Shown here piece after piece: positions 49,281 through 58,711 of a DNA stretch of 64,000 nucleotides. The translations under genes were made by a program, and so were the position numbers. Where the stretch lies: the NCBI GenBank assembly GCA_964426735.1, contig CAYRRP010000002.1:6582-70581 (forward strand), read 5' to 3'. Source of the DNA: an uncultured Candidatus Saccharibacteria bacterium. Its GTDB lineage: Bacteria; Patescibacteriota; Minisyncoccia; Phycocordibacterales; DATDWN01. Each line of letters starts with the position of its first letter. Within the stretch, counting starts at the first letter, position 1. The notes under the pieces are model-generated. The model saw nothing but the letters and a program-made list of their open reading frames with translations, was not told the DNA's origin and searched no databases.

Positions 49281-49820
49281 ATGAAATATATATCATCACA
49301 AAAAAATAAAGGTTTTACACTTGTCGAGTTGCTTGTGAGTATTGCTATTATTGGACTCCTGAGTACAGTCGTGTTTGCATCGTATTCTCAGGCACAAAAA
49401 AAGGCTCGTATCGCAAGACGGGTGTCTGATTTGAAGCAAGTACAAACCGCTCTCGCATATTATTATGCAGTGAATAAATCATATCCAAATACAAGTTGGG
49501 AATGGAGAAGTACGTGTAGTTCGTGGGGATCATATGCTCCGAATAATGTAATTCCTGGTTTAGTACCAAATTATATTGCAAACATACCTGCTGATCCGCA
49601 AACAAATGCGGCCGCAAATACATCGTGTTATATTTATGCATCAAATGGAACGGATTATTTCTTTAAGGCATATAATATAGCTGAATTTTCACATGCTGAT
49701 TATTTGTCAAAACCAGAGTTGGTGGATCCTGCAATGGATGGTGGGGCAAATCTTCAAATTGTTGACGGTGTAACTCCATGGGCGTGGAAGGTGTATACTC
49801 CTGGTATTGCTGGGTGGTAG
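49281..49820 (+). CDS. Type IV pilin / pseudopilin (paralog)
   Basis: KG|FTLVEL; similar to the upstream pilin (IPGL.P.YI, SNGTDY, WAWKV). Confidence 0.88.
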   Translation: MKYISSQKNKGFTLVELLVSIAIIGLLSTVVFASYSQAQKKARIARRVSDLKQVQTALAYYYAVNKSYPNTSWEWRSTCSSWGSYAPNNVIPGLVPNYIANIPADPQTNAAANTSCYIYASNGTDYFFKAYNIAEFSHADYLSKPELVDPAMDGGANLQIVDGVTPWAWKVYTPGIAGW

Positions 49821-49868
49821 GCTGTTTTACTCCTTGCATAAAGTCTAGTTTTCTGTATAATTGCACCC

Positions 49869-50519
49869 ATGGTAACTCTTAATTATGTAGATAGAAAAGA
49901 AGTGGGTAATTCGACTGGGCTTCGTGCACAGGGTCTTATTCCTGCGGTATTTTATGGTAAAAAACAAGCTTCGACTCCTGTTGCTGTACAGCGAAGTGAG
50001 TTTTTGAAAGTGTGGAAAGCGGTAGGTGAATCAGGTGTTATCTCACTTGTTGGACCTTCTGGTACAGTGGATGTGTTGATTCAGGAAGTAGATACCGACC
50101 CTGTTACAGAAATACCTCAGCATGCAGACTTTTACGTGTTTGAAAAAGGAAAGAAGATTGAAGTTTCAATTCCACTCGTCTTTACTGGTGTATCTCCTGC
50201 AGTAAAAGATCTCTCAGGAAACTTGGTGAAAGTAATGCATGATATTACTATCGAAGCATCTCCAGAAAATCTTCCTCATGAAATTGAAGTAGATATTTCT
50301 GCACTTATTGACTTCGATTCAGTTATTCTTGCTAAAAACCTCGCTCTTCCAAAAGGTGTATCGCTTGTTGGTGATGAGGATGAAGTAGTTGCATCAGTAT
50401 CTGCTCCACGTGGTGATGAACCAGAAGAGCCTACTGTGGCACCAGACCTTTCAGCTATTGAGGTGGTTAAGAAAGGTAAGAAAGACGAAGAAGGTGCTGA
50501 GGGTGCTGTCGCTGAGTAA
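49869..50519 (+). CDS. rplY: 50S ribosomal protein L25 (CTC type)
   Basis: LRAQGLIPAVFYG, HADFY, acidic tail. Confidence 0.93.
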   Translation: MVTLNYVDRKEVGNSTGLRAQGLIPAVFYGKKQASTPVAVQRSEFLKVWKAVGESGVISLVGPSGTVDVLIQEVDTDPVTEIPQHADFYVFEKGKKIEVSIPLVFTGVSPAVKDLSGNLVKVMHDITIEASPENLPHEIEVDISALIDFDSVILAKNLALPKGVSLVGDEDEVVASVSAPRGDEPEEPTVAPDLSAIEVVKKGKKDEEGAEGAVAE

Positions 50520-50688
50520 CTCCGCTCCAAGAGTAATCTCATTGTTTAAAATTAAAATCTGAAAAAAGAGGCAACAAAGCCTCTTTTTTGCTATCGACCA
50601 GAGGTGTCTTTTTAGGCTATAATAGAGACTGATCTTTTCCTTCTCCCGTTCGGTCTGTCTGAGTTATATAATCAAGATCATTTCCTTT

Positions 50689-52050
50689 ATGAAATCTAAA
50701 GTAACATACATAGTCTTTTTTTGTCTTTTTTTGTTTTCAATCATGGTTCCTTTATCTGTTGGAGCACAGCAAACACCAGAACAAATTGCTGCACAAGAAG
50801 CTCAGTGGAAAGCAGAACTTGAGGCGACAGAAAAAGATATTGCAAAATGGCAAGATATTTTAAATAACACAAAAAAGGGTACAGCCTCTTTGCAAAAAGA
50901 AGCTGATATGTTGAATGCAAAAATAAATGAAGCAAAAGCATTTATTAAAAAAAGAAACATTGCGATTGAGCAGCTTCGTAGAGACATAGACAATAAAACA
51001 AAAACAATCGGTACCCTTGAAGAAAAAATTAAAAATAGTCAGGATTCACTTGCTCAGCTTATCCGAAAGACCCATGAAATAGACTCGTATACATTACCTG
51101 AGGTTATCTTAGCTAAGAAAGATCTGTCAGATTTTTTTAGTGATGCTGATTCATTTAACACTATCAATAAATCTCTCAAAGAGTTACTTGATGATATTAG
51201 AGAGACAAAAAATCTTACGGAAAAAGAGCGAGAATTGCTCGATAAAAAGAAGAACGAAGAGATTGATATAAAAGCAAATGTTGAAGCTCAAAAACGGCAG
51301 GTTGAGAAAAACGAACAAGAAAAACAATACCTAATCAAAGTAAACAAAACCCAAGAAAAAAGTTATGAGCAGGTGATCAAAGAGCGTCAAAAGAAAGCAG
51401 CCGAGATTCGTGCAGCACTGTTTGCATTGCGTGATACCGCAGCGATTCCATTTGGTACCGCATATCAGTATGCACTTGAAGCAGAAAAAGCGACTGGTAT
51501 TAGACCTGCATTCCTTTTGGCGATTTTGACACAAGAAACAAATCTCGGAAAAAACCAAGGTTCATGTAATAAACCAGATAGTCCAGTTGAGAAACAGTGG
51601 CAAGCGATTATGCCTGGTCCAGAAGATATTAAAAAAGGACTTTCAAAACGAGATGATGAAAGTGCGTTTTTACGTATCGTAGAATCCCTTGGTGTTGGAC
51701 CTCGAGATCGAGTATTGTCATGTCCGATTGGTGGTACCGGATGGGGAGGGGCGATGGGACCTTCGCAGTTTATCCCGACCACATGGGAAGCATATGCACC
51801 ACGTGTAGCACAAGCATTGGGTAAAACAATCACAAACCCATGGAATGCAGAAGATGCATTCGTGGCTTCATCTATTTATCTCACAGATCTCGGTGCAGCG
51901 GCACAGACATATACAGCAGAGCGAACAGCGGCACTGAAGTACTACGCAGGAGGGAACTGGAATAAAAAAGCGAATGCATTTTATGGGGATCAGGTGATGG
52001 CGAAAGCGAAAGTCATCCAGGAGACCATGATCGACCCTCTTAACTTCTAA
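50689..52050 (+). CDS. Coiled-coil lytic murein transglycosylase
   Basis: Signal peptide, long coiled coil, AILTQET, GAMGPSQFIPTTW. Confidence 0.88.
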   Translation: MKSKVTYIVFFCLFLFSIMVPLSVGAQQTPEQIAAQEAQWKAELEATEKDIAKWQDILNNTKKGTASLQKEADMLNAKINEAKAFIKKRNIAIEQLRRDIDNKTKTIGTLEEKIKNSQDSLAQLIRKTHEIDSYTLPEVILAKKDLSDFFSDADSFNTINKSLKELLDDIRETKNLTEKERELLDKKKNEEIDIKANVEAQKRQVEKNEQEKQYLIKVNKTQEKSYEQVIKERQKKAAEIRAALFALRDTAAIPFGTAYQYALEAEKATGIRPAFLLAILTQETNLGKNQGSCNKPDSPVEKQWQAIMPGPEDIKKGLSKRDDESAFLRIVESLGVGPRDRVLSCPIGGTGWGGAMGPSQFIPTTWEAYAPRVAQALGKTITNPWNAEDAFVASSIYLTDLGAAAQTYTAERTAALKYYAGGNWNKKANAFYGDQVMAKAKVIQETMIDPLNF

Positions 52051-52052
52051 CC

Positions 52053-52176
52053 GCTCTGATCTTTTTCACCAATCTCATCGTCTAAAATGTAGTAAAATAT
52101 TTTCCGCCGTACGCATAGTACGTCTATAAATATTTTCTACATTTTATACGCGACCTTGGTGAAAAATCTACAGAGC
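52053..52176. repeat. Long imperfect hairpin with CGTAC-N-GTACG apex (copy 3)
   Basis: gctctg/cagagc, tttttcaccaa/ttggtgaaaaa, taaaatgtag/ctacatttta, aaaatattt/aaatatttt around cgtac-gcata-gtacg. Confidence 0.7.
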
Positions 52177-52324
52177 TTTCATTCTAAAAAAATTAAGTGA
52201 TAACTTAACCAAAAAGAGTCTTAAGATAAGGCTTTTTTGGTACTTGACAAATAGGTATTTGATTGTGTATAATATATTGGTAGGCAAAAAAGCCAAAGTC
52301 CTTTGAATTCATCAACGAGGAGTT

Positions 52325-52837
52325 GTGATGCAGCAAGTATTTACGCCCCAAGAATTTTTGAGCTACCTGAACCGGTATCTCAAGGTAAAACGCCCGAACC
52401 TGATCGAAGAAAAAAGTCGGGAAGAACGAGCTAGTAAAGACGTTCCTTTGTTTCCTCTCGACACTCTCGATTTCAACAAGGATGTTGATCTCGTTATTTG
52501 CGGTCCTTGCTCCACCGGCGTGCTTGACTGGATGGCATACAACGAAGACTTTCCGATGGGAAAATGCATGGTCAAGGCGGGGGAACCTGATAGGTCTTGG
52601 CTTCATTCAGCTCTTTCCCGACAAGAAAAGTCGGTGAAAAATATCGTTGTTTATGCTACCTGCTGCGGTTGCTATACGGACAGATACAAGACCCTGCTTG
52701 CACAAGTGTTTTCAGAGATCAATTGGCACTTTCCGTACGTTCGGGATTTGTGCGACAATAATAACCCTGATCGGATTGCGGAAGGATTGCTTAAAGCCGG
52801 CATTCTCAAGATTGTTCCGGCTCCTGTAGTCGCCTAA
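52325..52837 (+). CDS. Hypothetical Cys-rich protein (orphan cassette)
   Basis: TTGACA...TATAAT promoter (52245-52273), GAGGAG SD, CGPC and CCGC motifs, hairpin at 52848-52895. Confidence 0.65.
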   Translation: MMQQVFTPQEFLSYLNRYLKVKRPNLIEEKSREERASKDVPLFPLDTLDFNKDVDLVICGPCSTGVLDWMAYNEDFPMGKCMVKAGEPDRSWLHSALSRQEKSVKNIVVYATCCGCYTDRYKTLLAQVFSEINWHFPYVRDLCDNNNPDRIAEGLLKAGILKIVPAPVVA

Positions 52838-52918
52838 CCGATTTCGTCAACCCCGTACCAAACAAGCCTTGTGCCTGTTTGGACGGGGTTTTGTTTTATA
52901 TAAAATCACAGAGTCTAT

Positions 52919-53111
52919 TTTAGTCATTGAGCAAGTCCACCAATGCACCTAATCGGAGCCCCCGCAGGGTCTGAGCCGGTGTTGTCAATGACCCGAAGCT
53001 TTGCTGAGGGCTCTTGACAACTCAGGCCCGAGGACAGCCAAAAGTGCTCGCTGGAGACTTTTGGGCAGCTCCGATTAGGTGCATTGGTGGACTCGCGGAG
53101 GTCAGACTAAA
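52919..53111. repeat. Structured ~190-nt element (MITE-like or ncRNA) with a perfect 26-bp closing stem
   Basis: agtccaccaatgcacctaatcggagc (52934-52959) pairs with 53068-53093; two internal helices. Confidence 0.75.
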
Positions 53112-53156
53112 GGGGAAGTTGCAAAAATAAGGAATTTTTGGTACAGTATTCGGGCA

Positions 53157-53414
53157 ATGAAAAAAGACATACATCCTAAGAACTACCGAGACGTTTTGTT
53201 TATCGACAACTCAAACAGTGCTGAGTTTATTATCTCGTCTGCGGTAAAGACTAATGAGACTGGAAAAGCTAAAGATGGTAAAGAATACCCTATTTTCCGA
53301 GTAGAAATCTCTAGCGCATCACATCCTTTTTATACAGGAAATGAGAAAACTCTCGACACCGCTGGTCGTGTAGAACGCTTTAAAGCAAAACAGGCAAAAG
53401 CTAAAACTAAGTAG
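53157..53414 (+). CDS. rpmE2: 50S ribosomal protein L31 type B
   Basis: MKKDIHP, EISSASHPFYTG, GRVERF; no Zn cysteines. Confidence 0.93.
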   Translation: MKKDIHPKNYRDVLFIDNSNSAEFIISSAVKTNETGKAKDGKEYPIFRVEISSASHPFYTGNEKTLDTAGRVERFKAKQAKAKTK

Positions 53415-53415
53415 A

Positions 53416-53502
53416 TAGTCCATCAAGTCTATAAAGTCCATACAGTCAGAAGCACTAATGCTCATGACTTTATGGACTTTTGACTTTATAGACTTTAGAC
53501 TA
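53416..53502. repeat. Inverted array of short tandem repeats (agtc(c/t)ataa-like)
   Basis: agtccatca-agtctataa-agtccatac facing gactttatg...gactttata-gacttta. Confidence 0.6.
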
Positions 53503-53509
53503 TACACAT

Positions 53510-54481
53510 ATGGACGATCAGTTTAAAGACAATCCAAAGACCGCATATCTCTATGAGATGTATACTAAGCTTCAGAAAGATGAAGAGGATATTCTCGTAC
53601 TTGAGAGCGACCCTTCGATGGTTGAAATGGTAAAGACAGAAAAGGCTAACATTGAAGCTCAAAAAACTGCGTTGATGGATCAAATGAAAGAGATTATTGA
53701 GTCTGAAAAGAAAGAAGAGGAGTTTCCTAATGAAATTATTCTTGAGGTGCGTGCCGGTGCAGGAGGAGAGGAAGCGTCACTATTTGCCGAAGAACTTGCT
53801 CATATGTATAGCAGATACGCTGAAACCCAAGGGTGGAGTGTTGCGGTGATTGATGAGTCGAGAAGTGCAGTGGGAGGTTACAAAGAAGCATCGTTTGAAA
53901 TCAGAGGACGAGATGTATACAAAAAACTTCGCTATGAGACAGGAGTGCATCGAGTTCAACGTGTACCAGCGACAGAGAAGATGGGGCGAGTGCATACATC
54001 GACTGCATCGGTAGCGATTTTGCCTGTACGAAAGAAGACCAATATTTATATCAACCCTGCTGACTTGGAGATGGAATTTTCACGCTCAGGAGGTGCGGGA
54101 GGACAAAACGTAAACAAAGTAGAGACAGCGGTGCGTATCATCCATAAGCCAACAGGTATTGATGTACGCTCTACAGCCGAGCGAAGTCAGCTCAAAAATC
54201 GTGAAAAAGCGATGAGTATTTTGACTGCCAAACTCCAAGTGCTCAAAGATGAAGAGGAAGCTCGAAAGTTTTCAGCTGAACGAAAAGATCAGATTGGTAC
54301 TGCCGATCGGTCAGAGAAAATCCGTACCTACAATATCCTCCAGGATCGTATCACTGACCACCGTATCCGAGTATCGTGGCACAATATTACAAAGATTTTA
54401 GAAGGTGAAATGGAAGGTATTATCGAAGCTTTTGAGAACTTTAATGGACAAGTAGTGGAAGGGGGTCAAGAAGAGGATTAA
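53510..54481 (+). CDS. prfA: Peptide chain release factor 1 (short N-terminus)
   Basis: PxT motif [25 protein letters not shown]; follows rpmE. Confidence 0.92.
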   Translation: MDDQFKDNPKTAYLYEMYTKLQKDEEDILVLESDPSMVEMVKTEKANIEAQKTALMDQMKEIIESEKKEEEFPNEIILEVRAGAGGEEASLFAEELAHMYSRYAETQGWSVAVIDESRSAVGGYKEASFEIRGRDVYKKLRYETGVHRVQRVPATEKMGRVHTSTASVAILPVRKKTNIYINPADLEMEFSRSGGAGGQNVNKVETAVRIIHKPTGIDVRSTAERSQLKNREKAMSILTAKLQVLKDEEEARKFSAERKDQIGTADRSEKIRTYNILQDRITDHRIRVSWHNITKILEGEMEGIIEAFENFNGQVVEGGQEED

Positions 54482-54624
54482 AGTAGCTGGATTAAGGATT
54501 AATGAGGGAGAAAATACACGAATTATGAATTTAATTTATTCTTTAATCTGTAATCCTTAATCAAAAATCTAGCGTATAATGCTATTGCAAATACCTGCCT
54601 AGTTTGGTATAGTACTCCGTACAT

Positions 54625-55335
54625 ATGGAAAAAAACATCACTTCAGGTCAGAACACGGTAGACGCACTCTTTGCAGTAGGGGCTCATTTTGGCTTCGTAA
54701 AATCTCGACGACATCCGTCACATAAACCGTTTATTTTTGGTACAAAAAATAAGATTGAAATTTTTGACCTTGAAAAAACAAAAGTATCTTTCGATAAAGC
54801 ACTTGAATTCGTAAAAGAGCTTGGGGCAAAAAACGCACCAATCCTTTTTGTGAGTGGTAAAAGTGAAGCAAAAGAAGCTATTGAAAAAGCAGGAACAACT
54901 CTTGGTTTTCCTTATGTTGCCGGACGATGGTTGGGAGGAACACTGACAAACTTTCCTGAAATCAGAAAGCGAGTAAACAAACTCGAGGATCTTCTTTCTC
55001 AGAAAGAAAAAGGTGAGCTTGCAAAATATACTAAAAAAGAACGACTTTTGATTGATCGAGAAATCGAACGAATGAAAATCTTTTTCACAGGCCTTTCAAA
55101 TCTTAAAGAAATGCCAAAAGCACTGTTTATTGTAGATACAAAACGTGAGTATTCGGCTGTAGCAGAAGCAAAAGCACTTAATATTCCAATAATCTCTCTT
55201 GTTGGGTCAGATTGTAACTTAACTGAAAGCTCATACCCAATTCCGGGGAATGATGCATCAAAAGCAAGTATTTCATATTTTATAGATCAGATTATTAGTG
55301 CGTATCGAGCAGGTCAACTTTCAAAGACTCAGTAA
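54625..55335 (+). CDS. rpsB: 30S ribosomal protein S2
   Basis: GAHFG, RWLGGTLTN, IPGND. Confidence 0.96.
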   Translation: MEKNITSGQNTVDALFAVGAHFGFVKSRRHPSHKPFIFGTKNKIEIFDLEKTKVSFDKALEFVKELGAKNAPILFVSGKSEAKEAIEKAGTTLGFPYVAGRWLGGTLTNFPEIRKRVNKLEDLLSQKEKGELAKYTKKERLLIDREIERMKIFFTGLSNLKEMPKALFIVDTKREYSAVAEAKALNIPIISLVGSDCNLTESSYPIPGNDASKASISYFIDQIISAYRAGQLSKTQ

Positions 55336-55379
55336 TACTTGTTTTCTTTAGGTTTATTTATTTGTTAATTTAAAATTCT

Positions 55380-55964
55380 ATGGAAATCACAACAGAACTT
55401 ATCAAAACACTTCGAGATCAAACAGGGGTGTCTGTTATGCAATGTAAAAAAGCTCTTGAGGAGGCAGGAGGAGATATGGATAAGGCTGTGATTATTCTCA
55501 AAAAAAGAAGTGCTGAGACTGCTCAGAAAAAAAGTGATCGTGAACTCGGTGCGGGTGTAGTGGAGAGCTATATTCATAGTACAAAAACTGTAGGCGCAAT
55601 GGTTGAGCTTATGTGTGAGACTGATTTCGTATCTGGAAATGAAGAGTTTAAAAAACTTGCATACGATATCGCAATGCATGTTGCTGCAACAAATCCAAGT
55701 GTACTTACAAAAGAAGAAATTTCTGAAGAGGCTAAAGCAAAAGCACTTGAGGTATTTGCACCTGAAGTAGAAGGTAAGCCAGAAGAACTTAAAGCAAAGA
55801 TTCTTGAAGGTAAACTTGATTCATTTTTTAATGAACAGGTTCTTCTTGATCAAGCGTTTATAAAAAACAGCGAGGTGACTATTCGAGGTTTGATTGAACA
55901 AGGTACTCAAAAATTTGGAGAAAAAATACAACTCACACGATTTGTTCGGTTCTCAATTAAGTAA
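55380..55964 (+). CDS. tsf: Elongation factor Ts (short form)
   Basis: LRDQTGVSVMQCKKAL and CETDFV. Confidence 0.96.
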   Translation: MEITTELIKTLRDQTGVSVMQCKKALEEAGGDMDKAVIILKKRSAETAQKKSDRELGAGVVESYIHSTKTVGAMVELMCETDFVSGNEEFKKLAYDIAMHVAATNPSVLTKEEISEEAKAKALEVFAPEVEGKPEELKAKILEGKLDSFFNEQVLLDQAFIKNSEVTIRGLIEQGTQKFGEKIQLTRFVRFSIK

Positions 55965-55973
55965 TTTAATTCT

Positions 55974-56384
55974 ATGACAATTACAGTGTTCATATCGTCT
56001 TTTGTGGCATTACTTGCCATGATTGGAACGAAAATGATTGAACAGAGACTCGGATCATTTCCGCTGTGGACTCGTCTCGTGTCAAAAACTGATGAGGTTG
56101 TACATGATGTAGTAAATCGGGTTATCGGTAAGTATCAACTATGGAAGAAAATTACATATCTTTTTGTATTTAATTTTTTACCGTCGTATGCATATGAGTT
56201 GCTCGTAAAGATGAAGGATTATGTGTATAAGAAGTACTATGAATCTCAGTCAAAGCTAAAAGGGAATAAACGTATGCTTCGTGCCAACGGATCAGTATCG
56301 TCATTTTTACAGGAGATTAGTTCAGAACCAAAAAAAGAAGAAGTAGTAAATGATAATGAGGTGGCTGATGTAGAGTTGAAATAA
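55974..56384 (+). CDS. Hypothetical membrane protein
   Basis: N-terminal TM; follows tsf in the same direction. Confidence 0.65.
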   Translation: MTITVFISSFVALLAMIGTKMIEQRLGSFPLWTRLVSKTDEVVHDVVNRVIGKYQLWKKITYLFVFNFLPSYAYELLVKMKDYVYKKYYESQSKLKGNKRMLRANGSVSSFLQEISSEPKKEEVVNDNEVADVELK

Positions 56385-56426
56385 AGTTTTTTGTTTGATA
56401 AACTAGTTTAGTTAAACGTGAAATAT

Positions 56427-56502
56427 GCCACTTTAGCTCAGTTGGTAGAGCAGCCGTTTTGTAAACGGCAGGTCGTCAGTTCAAGCCTGACAAGTGGCTC
56501 CA
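56427..56502 (+). tRNA. tRNA-Thr(TGT)
   Basis: Acceptor GCCACTT/AAGTGGC, anticodon loop TTTGTAA, T-loop GTTCAAG, encoded CCA. Confidence 0.96.
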
Positions 56503-58033
56503 GAACCTGACTTTCTTCAGGAATCACGGAGGATGCGTGGGCTCGCTGTAAATAGACCCAAGGATTATCGCTAGGATTTAGAACATGGTTTGGGGAAATC
56601 GGCGCGATGACGCGCAAGGTTTTGTTTTGGAGAAGGAGGTTCGAGCCAAAGACTTTTTTGGCAGCGACCTTTTTATGCAAAAGGTCGCAATCCAATGCGA
56701 TTTTTTCCATATCCACGGCCTCTTTTATCCATTTTTGCATCGGTTCGAGCCAATGATTCTGCTTTTGTTCTATGGAAGATATTTCCTCCTCCAGTGACTT
56801 TTTCTCGGATAGCAATTTAGCTTTTTCACAACGATAGACTTCCTTATCAATATCCTGTTCCAAGTATCCGTCCAAAAGTCGCTGGAGCTTAACCGAAATA
56901 TCTTTTATCCTTTTTTGATTTTTTTCTACAAAAGCAGAAACAGATTGGGCGGAGTTTGTTCTATCATGTTCTAATTTGGTATTCAAATAGTCCGCCCAAT
57001 CTTTCGGCATAGAAACTTTTTGAAGTAAAGAGGAAATTTGCGCGTCTAATGATTCCTGGCGAACACAGGGTTCAGGACACTTCATATCTTTCCGTTTCTT
57101 AGTGCAGTGATAATACGTATAGAAGTGTTCCTGACCGTTCAACTGCTTTTTAACCCTGTATTCGCCAGTAATCATCATTCCACAAGACGCGCAGGTTATA
57201 AGTCCGCAGAATACCTGAGGCTGATTTTTCTGCTTGAAACGCGGACGGCTTTTTTGCTTCAAAATTTCCTGAACTCTATCAAAAAGTTTCTTTGACACGA
57301 TTGGCTCATGATTGCCTTCGTGAATTTCTCCAGCGTATCTGAAGTGTCCGTAGTAAAAGGGGTTAGAGAGTATAAATGTCGCTCGGGAGATGTGAATTCT
57401 CTGTCCGATCTTTGTGATGAGGCGGTTTTGCTCCAAAAAGACCCCAATTCGTTCGAGCGTTTGATCGCCCTTAGAATACATCTCAAACGCTTGGCGAATC
57501 ACAGGCGCTTGCTTCCTATCTACTACAACAGTCTTAGACCGTGAATCGTTCAAATACCCGATAGGAGCAAGCGACGGATATTCGCCACGACGAACTTTTT
57601 GGCGCAAACCGCGCTTAGTGTTCTCGGACAGGGAATCCACATAGTATTTGCTCTGCCCGAAAGCGATACTTAACATAAATTTACCCTGTGGCGTGGACTC
57701 AAACCAAAAGCTGGGGAATTTCAAACCGACGATTACACTTGTATCAAGCAAATATATTATTCTTCCACCATCAACAGAATTACGAGCGAGACGGTCTGGA
57801 TGCCAAGAGAGAATAGAGTCTGCTTCGCCCGCTTCAATTTGTAAAAGCATATCGTTAAACATTGGTCTGCCAGGAATTTTGGCACTTTGCTTTTCAATAA
57901 ACTCGCGAGCGATATCCAAACCTTCTCTCTTGGCAAAGTCGCGTAACTCTTGCAACTGTGCCTCGATGGATAATATTTGCTTGTCCTCTACGTCGGTTGA
58001 TTTGCGTGCATACAAAAAGAATTTTTGAGCCAT
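56438..58033 (-). CDS. Large serine recombinase (resolvase, recombinase, Zn-ribbon and coiled-coil domains); C-terminus read antisense through tRNA-Thr
   Basis: YARKST catalytic Ser, DRLARN, CASCG...YYHC...C; the last 19 codons are tRNA antisense. Confidence 0.93.
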   Translation of the reverse strand: MAQKFFLYARKSTDVEDKQILSIEAQLQELRDFAKREGLDIAREFIEKQSAKIPGRPMFNDMLLQIEAGEADSILSWHPDRLARNSVDGGRIIYLLDTSVIVGLKFPSFWFESTPQGKFMLSIAFGQSKYYVDSLSENTKRGLRQKVRRGEYPSLAPIGYLNDSRSKTVVVDRKQAPVIRQAFEMYSKGDQTLERIGVFLEQNRLITKIGQRIHISRATFILSNPFYYGHFRYAGEIHEGNHEPIVSKKLFDRVQEILKQKSRPRFKQKNQPQVFCGLITCASCGMMITGEYRVKKQLNGQEHFYTYYHCTKKRKDMKCPEPCVRQESLDAQISSLLQKVSMPKDWADYLNTKLEHDRTNSAQSVSAFVEKNQKRIKDISVKLQRLLDGYLEQDIDKEVYRCEKAKLLSEKKSLEEEISSIEQKQNHWLEPMQKWIKEAVDMEKIALDCDLLHKKVAAKKVFGSNLLLQNKTLRVIAPISPNHVLNPSDNPWVYLQRAHASSVIPEESQVLEPLVRLELTTCRLQNGCSTN

Positions 58034-58235
58034 ATATTTTATTAGTTAAAAATTATTTTTGTAAAAAAAGTAAAAATCGCATTGGATATCGAACCTCCTT
58101 CTCCAAAACAAAACCTTGCGCGTCATCGCGCCGATTTCCCCAAACCATGTTCTAAATCCTAGCGATAATCCTTGGGTCTATTTACAGCGAGCCCACGCAT
58201 CCTCCGTGATTCCTGAAGAAAGTCAGGTTCTGGAG
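56498..58235. repeat. Perfect 147-bp inverted repeat (56498-56644 and 58089-58235) bracketing the recombinase
   Basis: Base-by-base reverse-complement match, plus a further 16-bp match (56690-56705 and 58072-58087) across a 45-bp deletion. Confidence 0.93.
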
Positions 58236-58504
58236 TGTCTTTATGACTCCGCTAGAACTTTCTTCATTAAACTTGTTTAATGAATTCCGTCCCGTCACAG
58301 TGTCCGTTCCACCGAACACAGGATGTGTTCGGCTCCACTCCCACTGTTCCGCTCCGCCCTCGCCCCGCCACCTTGAACCATGCTAGGTTTGTTTCGCGCG
58401 GATTTCTTTTGAGTTGTATGTCGGTGGGCGGGTCTCGGGCGGGGAACTGTTACGATATATCATAACATTGTGATAGACTGTAACAATGAGATATACTGTG
58501 GATA

Positions 58505-58711
58505 ATGAAAAAAGAGGCTGCAAAACTGGGGTTAAATCTGAAAAGAATTAGGACAGAAAAAGCAATATCTCAAGGAGATATTGCTCGCGAATTAAAGGTT
58601 AGCCGTGGTTTTATTAGCACTATTGAAAATGGAAAAACGAACCCGACACTTTCAACTATTTCTAAAATCGCTAAAGCACTGGGGATTTCAATTGATGAAC
58701 TTTTGAAATAA
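58505..58711 (+). CDS. XRE family HTH regulator
   Basis: ISQGDIA...ISTIENGKTNPTL. Confidence 0.92.
   Translation: MKKEAAKLGLNLKRIRTEKAISQGDIARELKVSRGFISTIENGKTNPTLSTISKIAKALGISIDELLK

Noticed and set aside
48755-49820. Tandem pilins as a shufflon or antigenic-variation cassette
   Set aside because: Both are complete genes and no recombination sites are visible; ordinary paralogs.
53510-55964. Short RF1 and short EF-Ts as pseudogenes
   Set aside because: All functional motifs are present, and short forms are expected in such lineages.
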